From Selaginella moellendorffii (lineage: Eukaryota > Plantae > Lycopodiophyta), in NCBI RefSeq assembly GCF_000143415.4, contig NW_003314328.1, forward strand, positions 1,020,774 through 1,081,329: 60,556 nt of DNA, in the 5' to 3' direction. Every line of letters starts with the position of its first letter. Positions within the stretch are counted from its first letter, which is position 1. The translations under genes and the position numbers were made by a program. This document shows, piece by piece, positions 51,901 through 60,556 of the stretch. The notes beneath the pieces are model-generated. The model did no database searches. It was not told where the DNA came from and was given only the letters and a program-made list of their open reading frames with translations.

Positions 51901-53954
51901 GCTACAAAAGAAAGGCACAAGGGTCACCCTTCTTAGAAAAGCGCAACGGCCACTTTTCTACACTAACTCCAGACTCTATCCAACTCAATTGCCTTAGCCC
52001 CAAAAGTTAGCATCCCTTTTGGGCCGCATCATACAAACTACCTACTAAAGTCTAAGCCAACCGAAGTTAACTCCAACCCGTTCACTAGTTTGTACTGGCT
52101 TACGAAAACGGAATGGTTTTCAGACAAAGTGATAATAGATCAGCCATTGGAAAAGTCTAAGAAAATTTGTGGAAATTTTCCATCCTAGAGAAAGAATGGC
52201 TCTCAGTCCAGGAATGCAAACTTTCAAGACTCAACCAACTTCCTCCTACTTAACAACTTCACATAGGCTCACCTCAACACAAATTCTCGAGATCCATAGT
52301 ATGCTTAAGCTTCGAACATCTTTTTGCCCATTCTTTCAACATCCAACACCGACATCCGTAAAATGCAAATGGAACATCCAAGGCTTAATCACGAAGACCA
52401 CATCTTCAGATATTCACATTGCACTAACACTTTTCTTCAATCACCTTCAAGATCCAATGTAAAGCCAAAACACTAACAAGAAAAATGACATGGAAAATCA
52501 AGCTATAAGGAAAATTCCTCATCACTCGAATCAACAATGCCACTTCCGCTAACACAAGTGTTAGCGATATTAATGCCTTAACTACACACCTTTTCCATCC
52601 AACAATCTACTCCAAGTGCTAACGGATAAACCAATGAGTTATAGCAAATGAATGCCACAACCCTTTTCCAACTCCTTATGGGCTAACTCTCAAAGGAACA
52701 ATGTACCAACTTAAGCTTAGCATAATGGACCACTATCGAGAATCCCGTCAAAGCTACTACAATGCTACTTCTTGCAAGTAGACTAGCTTCTCCATCAACC
52801 ACTTTGGGGTTGATCATCGTTTAACCAAGCAACTTCGTAAACTCATTGCTCATTATCACATAGATATGATATAAGTATTACAATGACTTGATCATCAATT
52901 GAGCAACACCACGAGCAATGCCAATGTCATTACTTCAAAGGTTTATGTGAGTATCAAGTGTCAACTCAATTCGACAAAATGCAACATAAATGCCACACTC
53001 CACCGATAGAGACTTACAACACCCAACACCACTAACTTTTGTTCACAACATGGCCAAGCTCATGCCACTCTCTCTATCTGACCAAACTCAAAACTAATCC
53101 AACCCCAAGCCATTCAAGGAGCAATAGCAAGGTTCCCCGGAAGAGAATTGAGCATTGTAACTCAAGTCTTCCAATAGCGAGCTAAGACAAAATGGTATAG
53201 CATTTCACCGCTATCCATCCCACAACTCACTATAGTAAGACCACCATCTCCAACATGCATCAAGGTAGGGACTCTTGATTGCATGATGTGAACACAGGCA
53301 ATGAGTTACCCCTCGTTGCAAATCATCCCTCCAAGAAGAGAAGATGATTTACGTGTTTGATCCTTTGTCCTTGATAACTCTCTTTTCGGTCTCATCTTTG
53401 ACTGCACCTCAAGCTTGCGTTCGCACTGCCTTCAGTTCAATCCAAGAAAAGTTTATGAGAGAGCACGGCAATGATTACTTGAACCAATAGACTAATCCCT
53501 ACAGTCTTGACTGATCCACTTGTAACCATGCCTAGGAAGGATCCACTAGTGCCGTGCTAACAGCTACGGACCAGCCTATTTGCCACTCATAGCAAACCCA
53601 GGGAAGGTTTGCTTTCACTCACGGTACATGGAACAACTTATGGAACCACCGATAGGCTAACATTAATCCTGCCAACTCAAAGTGTAACCTTGAGTTGCTA
53701 ATGCGCCTCGCTCACGAGCCCAAGCTCAAACTCGTGCGAACGGAACAACTCAATTCCTCTTGTGAGCCCAAGCTCAAGCTCACATCATAAAGTATAATAG
53801 GTAACCAAGATCCATCCCCAAGGAACGATTGCAAAGCCTTTTGCACCAAACGTGTACCCACTCGGATCATCGTTTTCATCTCTACGTATGCAACGAGACT
53901 AGTTGCCCAATCTCACTGAATAGTATTCGCTGAGACTCTTTCTCTGATACCAAA

Positions 53955-55085
53955 TGTAGCGCACATGGCTTTGACCCTTTATCCTATGGTGATTTACCAT
54001 AGGATAACACCACGAAGCGGAACCTAAACCCTCTTTGTGCCACGTGACAGATGCCACGTGTCACATGCCACGTGTCCACAGGAACCCGAGGTTCAGGGCC
54101 TTGGGCCACTGAACGAAGGAACGGTGCCAAACTCCCAAGCGTGAAGCCAAAGAGTGATGGAACCGAACCACGAAACAACTCCCAAGCATAAAGCCCAAGG
54201 AGCGAAGGGACAGGGGCCCGGAGCAACTTGGAACAGTCCTAGAGTAACCAGCATCCCAATGCCAGGACCAGCACGCAAAACGGAGCCAAACAGAGTCTGG
54301 CGCTATTTCGGCATACCGGTGGCCTAACGCGAGGACATGGGTACTCCACCAACTAGCATGGAATGGAACTTGGGCTTAGACCCAAGCCGGACGCAGAACA
54401 AGGACAGGCACGCAAGCGGGAGCTAGACTATGCCTCAGGTTGGTCGGCCATGCCCGACCTACCCACTATCCCTACTATACATTTGGAACCCCCCACAGCC
54501 CCCCCGCCTTGAGGAACACACGCTTTGGGCTTTCACCCCAAGCCTCCCTTAGTATCAGGAGTTAGTCTCTGGGACAAGCTCGAAACTTACTAAATATGGA
54601 ATGTCCTTAGATTGCGAATTTGGACACGGGACGAACACCATTGTGTTCAGGACAATCTCTACATTGCGTAGATATGCCAAATGAGCAAATCTAGACACTT
54701 TCCATAAATAGCATTTGGGACCGAATTGAGACTAACACAAAGGGCATGATAGCGAGGGTGTTTGGCAGACACGGTAAGCTATCATCCGGCGATATTGAGG
54801 GACCAATCTCAATACGCGAGGGTTCTTGTCAAGCCAGTGCAAGACAAAGCAAAAGAGAACTAAGAGCCAGGCCGAGTATACTCAGCTAGAAACACATAGG
54901 AGTTCCTACCTTATGTCCATCTGGCTAAGTACAGGTGCTAAGCCCAGTAAACTAACACTTGAACAAGAGGGGCTGATAAAAGGAACCAGCAATACCGACC
55001 TCCTGCCATCGTGGCAGTAAGGTAAGAGTGTCCGTAAGGACTAGCCGACAAGTAACTTTTGATACCTAAAGTCATATTCGCGACA
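53955..55085 (-). repeat. 5' LTR of the nested element (1131 bp)
   Basis: Followed on the minus strand by the Met-tRNA PBS. Confidence 0.93.
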
Positions 55086-58000
55086 GACGAGAAGGATAGC
55101 GGCGGTGGAAGTCCTGAACAAGGTCAGGAAAATGAATCAGGTTGTCTGCATGTTCCCAAGTGTGTTCCTCAGGTCTGTAACCCTTCCAATCTACCAGATA
55201 GTAGAGTTTAGACCGTGAGATCTTGGAATCAAGGATGTCCTGGACCTCATACTCAGACCCATCCTCGAGTTGCATTGGTGGAGGTGGAGGAATGACCTGA
55301 TCTGGAATAGGATTGGGAATATAAGGCTCAAGGAGAGAGGAGTGAAAAATGGGGTGAATTTGATATGAGGAGGGAAGTGCAAGGCGATAAGTGACAGGAT
55401 TAATAATGGCAGTGATAGGGAAAGGACTGAGGCGTTTGAAATCGAGTTTGGGACATGGCCTAGTGGTGGAGATATTTCACCTGAGGAGCTAGACTTTATC
55501 CCCGATATTGTAAGGGGGACAATCCTGACGATGGACATTGGCAAATGTTTTGTGAGATTCCTAAGCACGATGAAGGTGGAAGGAGATGGAGTTGTGGATT
55601 TCCTGGAGGTTGGAGACAAATGCCTCAGAGCGGGGATTTGAATGAGAGGATTCAGATGGAGAAGGAAGTGAGAGATTGAATCGGGGATTCTGGCCAGAGT
55701 TTGCAAAGAAGGGGGAAACTCGAAGGGAGGAGTGAACAAAATTGTTATATGAGAACTCAGCAAGGGGAAGGATATTGAACCAGTCATCCTGATGATAGTT
55801 GATGAAGCACCTCAGGAATTGTTCCAACGTCTAAATCGTTCGCTCGGACTATCCATTAGTTTGAGGATGATACGCCGAAGAGAGGTTGGCCTTCATTCCA
55901 AGCAGCTGCAAGAATCATTGCCAAAAATGAGAGATGAATTGAGGTCCCCGATTCGAAACCACATTTGCAGGAATCCTATGAAGTCGGAAAATTTCCCTGA
56001 ATACCAGTTTTGCCATGTCCTCGCCCGAAAACTCCTTGGTACACGGCAGGAAGTGTGCCATCTTTGTGAAGTGATCCACCACGACTAAAATGCTGTTGAA
56101 GCCTCTAGAACTCGGAAGATCACTCAAGAAATCCATGGAGATGGATTCCCAAGGACTTGAAGGGACCGGGAGGGAACGAAGCAAACCTGAAGGAAGGTGG
56201 CAAGGTACTTTGTTTTGAGCACAAGTGTCACAAGAGGTAACAAAAGCTTTGATGTAGTCGTCCATGTGAGGCCACCAAAAGTCCCGTGCAACCAGCTCAT
56301 AGGTTTTCGCAATGCCGAAGTGACCAGCAGTCGGGCTATCGTGGCACGCCATCAGAACCAACCTTCGAGCATCACCTTCAGGAACGTAAAGTTGCTCCCC
56401 ACGGTACAACAAGCCATCTAAGAACTCAAGCTCGTCAAATCGCCGGCAGTCGGGAGTCACTGGGTGTCCAGCCTGAAGATGGGGGAAAATGTCGCTGGCA
56501 AGGTCGTTGGATTGAAGATCATTTCTGATCACATCTATCAAAGAGGAGTCCTGAGGGGCTAGGGAAATTGCCATAACTTGAAGTTGATCAGGACCGAGGA
56601 TAACTTAATCCTGTTGATCGAAGGCAAGATTACCAGGCCTAAGACTGAGATAATAGCGCTTTGAAAGAGCATCAGGAAGGCTTTAAAGCTTTCCAGGTCT
56701 GTACTTGATAACAAAGTCAAATTGACTCAGAAATTGGGCCCACCTTGCCTGACAACGGCTCAAAACTTAGGAAGTGGCAAAGTACTTGAGATTTTTATGA
56801 TCCGTCTAGACCATTGTTTGATGGCTTACCCCCTCCAAGAAACGATGCCACTCTCCAAAGGAATCCACGATGGCAAGGAGCTCTTTGTCGTGGATTTTGT
56901 AATTGATCTCCGCAGGCTGGAATTTTTGAGAATGGAAAGTGACTGGATGAAATTTCTAATCCGCTCCGAGTTGAGACAGCATAGCACCGATGGCAAAGTC
57001 GGAGGCATCAACATTGATGAAGAAAGGTTGGGAGGGATCAGCATGGATCAAGACGGGAGTAGAACCGAAGGCCACCTTGAGTGTGTCGAAGGCCTGTTGG
57101 GCAATAGCAGACCAAGAGAAGGGAACATCCTTGCGAGTGAGATGCATGAGAGGAAGGACAATATCAGAGTAGTGATCAATGAATTTGCGGTAAAAGTTGG
57201 CAAAGCCAAGGAAAACCTGAACGTCCGACATTGATTGTGGAGGCTCCCATTCGAGAATAGTCTTGACTTTGGCAAGATTCATCATGATACCCTCAGGAGT
57301 GACAATGTACCCAAGGAACTCCACAGACTTCTGATCGAAGGAACATTTCTCAAGCTTCGCGTATAGGCCGTGTTCCCGCAGCTTCGCCAGCACCTTGCGC
57401 ACATGCTCGTCATGCTCCTCCTGAGTTTTTGAGTAGATGAGGATGTCGTCAAGGTAGACGATCACCATCTGATCAAGAAACTCCCGAAAGACATCGTTTG
57501 CCATGTGTTGGAAAACTACTGGAGCATTTGTCAAGCCAAATGGCATGACAGTGTACTCGAAGTGGCCATAGCGGGTTCGGAACGCAATCTTCCATTCATC
57601 GCCAGGCCGGATCCGGATTAGGTTGTATGCTCCACGGAGGTCGATCTTGGTGAAGAAGCGGGCACCGCCGAGGCGTTCCAACAGGTCCGAGATCAGGGGC
57701 AGCGGATAACGGTTCCGAACAGTCACCTTGTTCAAACCTCGGTAGTGGATGACTAGCCGCAAACTCCCATCCTTCTTCTTCACAAAGAAGACAGGCGCTC
57801 CAGCCAGGGACTGCAAATGCTGAATGTACCCCGAGGCAAGGTTCTCATCTACGTACTCTTTGAGGGCCTTAAGCTCAGACAGGGATAACCCGTAGATAGG
57901 CCCCCACGGAGGTGATGCTCCTTCCTATAAATCAATGGGACAGTCATAAAGCTGATGAATAAGTAGTACACTAGCTTTTTTCTTATCAAACACATCCCCA

Positions 58001-58761
58001 AAATCATGATACTTCTTAGGAAGACTGACAAGAGAAACATGCAAAGCAAAAAGGACAATAGGGTCTTCATGAAGAAGTTCTTTCATAGTGATTGTGGAGA
58101 TAGGAGGAGGTGTACGACTAAATGGAATGATGAGACAAGGATACTATCCAGTGTAAGATGGAGAGGGAAAAGAAGAGGGTGAAAACTTGGTAAAGTCAGG
58201 AATAGAACCCCAATTTGAGTTTAGGGAACTTTTCCTGATTCGGACTTGATGAACAACAGGGGAAGCTATGGGAGATGGTGATGTGGGAGAGACGAACTGT
58301 AATTCCTTCCAACAGATCTGAGGCTGGTGTAGTTGGAACCAAGGAAGGCCGAGCACCACAGAGGAGGATTTGTTGTTAATGATGTTGAAGGCGATATCGG
58401 TGACGGTGGACCCGATGTGTACTCGAACGGGCAATGTTTCTCTAAGTCCAGAAGATGGAGACACAAAATGCCCGCCAATGCCTTCAACCCTCAGATCCCG
58501 TATGGTAGGAGAAAGAGGAATGTGATGTTGGGTGGCAAAGTCCATGTCCATGAAGCAGGAAGTTGCACCCGAGTCTAGTAGCGCTAGAGTCTTGAGTCCT
58601 AATTATCTGGTGAAAGAAAGGAGACATGGGATGCAGAAGTTGCGGGAATTGGTGGTGGCTTTGATGAAAGGTGGTGAGGAGCTTGATAAAGAAGAAAAGT
58701 GATTTTTATTCGGGGAGTCCAAACAGACAGCTCCTACTCTGTTTGGACAGGGTTGTTTCCC
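55086..58761 (-). pseudogene. pol: pol of the outer chromovirus (protease, RT, RNase H, integrase, chromodomain) with stops and frameshifts
   Basis: ALLDSGATSCF; APVFFVKKKDGSLR, KIDLRGAYNLIRI, VYLDDILIYS; VDASDFAIGA; CHDSPTAGHFG, CDTC, SISMDF; chromodomain EYEVQDILDSK...YLVDWKGYRPEEHTWE. Its last 31 codons lie at 47739-47833, beyond the nested insert. Confidence 0.93.
58717..58761 (-). promoter_or_regulatory. Putative programmed -1 ribosomal frameshift signal
   Basis: In-phase G GGA AAC (58761-58755), a 6-nt spacer, then an 11-bp stem GTCCAAACAGA/TCTGTTTGGAC. The protease lies in the -1 frame. Confidence 0.75.
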
Positions 58762-59705
58762 GATTGCAACAGAGGTGGACCTTGAGGCAGAGTGTACTCG
58801 AGCAGTCGGGGAGGCTTCTTGGGACACACAACTACTTTGTGATTAGAATCAGCACAGTAAAGGCAAAGATTATGAGATATTCGACGTTGCTTCTCAACAG
58901 GACTCAACTTCCCTCTGATGAGTCGGGGAGTACCAGAAATATCCATCGGGACCGGAGTAGTAGGTTCATGAGTATGCCTCGAAGACTCAAGCTGGGATTC
59001 CTGAGTCTGGGACGGGAAAACGGTGGCACGGCGACTTTTCTGACGACGTTCAAAGAGACGATTGTCGCATCGAACAGCTTTGTTGATGGCATCTGACAGG
59101 TACGTGAAATCCTCCATGGTGAGCAACAAATCCTTGACACCGTTGTTGAGGCCGAAACAAAATTGATCAATCAAGGCCCGCTCATCCCACTGAGTGTCCA
59201 AGGCAAGGAGTTGGAACTCTGCAGCATAGATTGAGGCAGGACGAGACCCTTGAGAGAGACATCTTATTTTTGTGGTGGTAGCCCGAACCCGATCCGTCTT
59301 GCCAAAACATACTTCGAGCTTCTTTTTGAACAACTGAAGATCCATCAGCTCCGAAACCACGACCCCTTTCATGCTCTTCTCCAGGAGAGGAGAAAACCAT
59401 GACAAAGTTGCACCTTCGAGCAACGTCCCAATCGCACCGATTTGAGACTCGGGAGTGGGGTACCGCCGATGTTGAAGTGCGAAAATCAGCTCCATCTGGT
59501 TCAGGAATCCGCGAAGCTCCGAACGCTTGCCTGAAAATTTTGTCGAGAAACTCACCTTCGGTTCAGGAACTTTGCTGGATCCTTGAGCCGAAAGTGAAGC
59601 AAGCTCCTGCTGCATGCGAAGAAGAGTCGCCTTCAACTTGGTATTCTTAGACTGGATTTTTGCAAGGACTTCGGCAAAGAAATCAAGATGGCTTGGAGAC
59701 TCCAT
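58734..59705 (-). CDS. gag: Gag of the outer chromovirus (PEG10/Ty3-type capsid plus CCHC knuckle)
   Basis: PEPKVSF..KFSGKRSELRGFLNQMELIF, LSQGSRPASIYAAEFQ, PVPMDI, CLYCADSNHKVVVC. The ORF is intact. Confidence 0.9.
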   Translation of the reverse strand: MESPSHLDFFAEVLAKIQSKNTKLKATLLRMQQELASLSAQGSSKVPEPKVSFSTKFSGKRSELRGFLNQMELIFALQHRRYPTPESQIGAIGTLLEGATLSWFSPLLEKSMKGVVVSELMDLQLFKKKLEVCFGKTDRVRATTTKIRCLSQGSRPASIYAAEFQLLALDTQWDERALIDQFCFGLNNGVKDLLLTMEDFTYLSDAINKAVRCDNRLFERRQKSRRATVFPSQTQESQLESSRHTHEPTTPVPMDISGTPRLIRGKLSPVEKQRRISHNLCLYCADSNHKVVVCPKKPPRLLEYTLPQGPPLLQSGNNPVQTE

Positions 59706-59804
59706 CGGCAAAGAAGAAAGAAAAAAAAGGGGGAAAAAGGCAAAGGCAGTCAAACAATCAAAACGAACTAAAGCAAAAATGAAAAAACACAATCTGAATC
59801 AAAC

Positions 59805-60165
59805 TGTCAAGACCCTCAACAAGATCAAGATTGGAAAATGCAAAAGACAAAGAGAAAAGATAGAGGAGATGAAGAAGAGGCCTTAGACTGGCATTGATTC
59901 AGATTGTGGAGAAATGGAACAAAGCTAACCTATATATATTATAGGTTGATAAAGCTCCACCACTCTTGGATCGAAGACGGCCTAAATATAGTTGAGGTCG
60001 AGGAAGCGCCACGTCATCATTAGGAATGTGGCTCGAGACTCAAGAATCATATGGGAAATCAGAGAGTCAGGAATAGGGAAGTGTCTCAAGACTCAGGAAT
60101 GTGGTCTGCAGGTCAGGAATCCGGCAAAAGTCAGGAATGTGGCAAGAATTGGGGGATTCCTAACA
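59805..60165 (-). repeat. 5' LTR of the outer chromovirus
   Basis: TGTC...AACA on the + strand, with a minus-strand TATA-like run at ~59931-59942. Followed by TSD GTCTA. Confidence 0.93.
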
Positions 60166-60556
60166 GTCTAAATCTTCCTTTCTTTATAGCTTTTCCAATT
60201 TCTTCTCTGTTATTTTTCTTTAACTTTGGAGCAGCAGTTAGTGCAATTATTCAATGCTATGTGGTTATAATTGAATAATCAAACTCAATCGATAGCAATA
60301 TTCATAGCATGTGATACAACTCCTCATGCTCTTGGTACTAATCCTTGCATTTGGCCGGAGTTCTTCTGTGGGAGTCCTGGAGATGATATGTACCATTAAT
60401 TTGATCAATTTATAGCACATATTATTCTTGGGATAATGCTCAACAATTGTGTAAGTTTCCCACATGTCTCCAAAAGACAGTTTACAGCACGTGATCGGAC
60501 GTATTCTACCACGCCGGTGCTCGCGTGCCGTCTTCCCCTCTCTTTTAACGGCTTTT

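Larger units (their letters stand above)
47839..55085 (-). mobile_element. Nested non-autonomous LTR retrotransposon (7.2 kb) with a decayed gypsy-like internal region
   Basis: LTRs at 47839-48982 and 53955-55085 (TG...CA, ~99% identical). TSD GACGA at 47834-47838 and 55086-55090. tRNA-Met PBS TGGTATCAGAG at ~53942-53952. PPT AAGGGGGGAGAG at ~48983-48994. No internal ORF reaches 100 aa. Confidence 0.93.
47367..60165 (-). mobile_element. Ty3/gypsy chromovirus (Tcn1/Tf1-sushi-like), ~5.5 kb without the nested insert; pol disrupted
   Basis: 361-bp LTRs at 47367-47727 and 59805-60165 (about 22 differences). TSD GTCTA at 47362-47366 and 60166-60170. PPT GAGGAGGGGG next to the 3' LTR. Domain order is gag-PR-RT-RH-IN-chromodomain. 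Confidence 0.95.

Overview
Compact land-plant nuclear DNA, most consistent with a lycophyte such as Selaginella. This is an inference from the ~50-nt introns, ~300-bp intergenic gaps, S-motif-rich PPR genes and a Tcn1-like chromovirus. Layout: (1) 1-10 kb: an intronless CRINKLY4-family receptor kinase among decayed Ty3/gypsy and LINE relics. (2) 10.8-18.8 kb: dense intact genes (coiled-coil protein, RNFT-type RING E3, cytosolic alkaline/neutral invertase, GH28 polygalacturonase). (3) 21.4-33.3 kb: duplicated chimeric UBP12-like pseudogenes, then the intact UBP12/13 gene head-to-head with a PPR gene. (4) 33.5-46.4 kb: an NRP1-like gene followed by a patchwork of broken genes (FNR-like oxidoreductase, two PPR pseudogenes, a UBP fragment, a single-nonsense kinase, an S28 peptidase interrupted by a hAT relic). 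(5) 47.4-60.2 kb: two perfectly nested LTR retrotransposons with TSDs. The outer one is a chromovirus with a Tf1-type self-priming structure and a PEG10-like GGGAAAC -1 frameshift signal. The inner one is a young non-autonomous element with G-box-rich LTRs and a decayed internal region. No rRNA, tRNA or CRISPR feature was seen. All homology calls are from motif recognition, not database searches.
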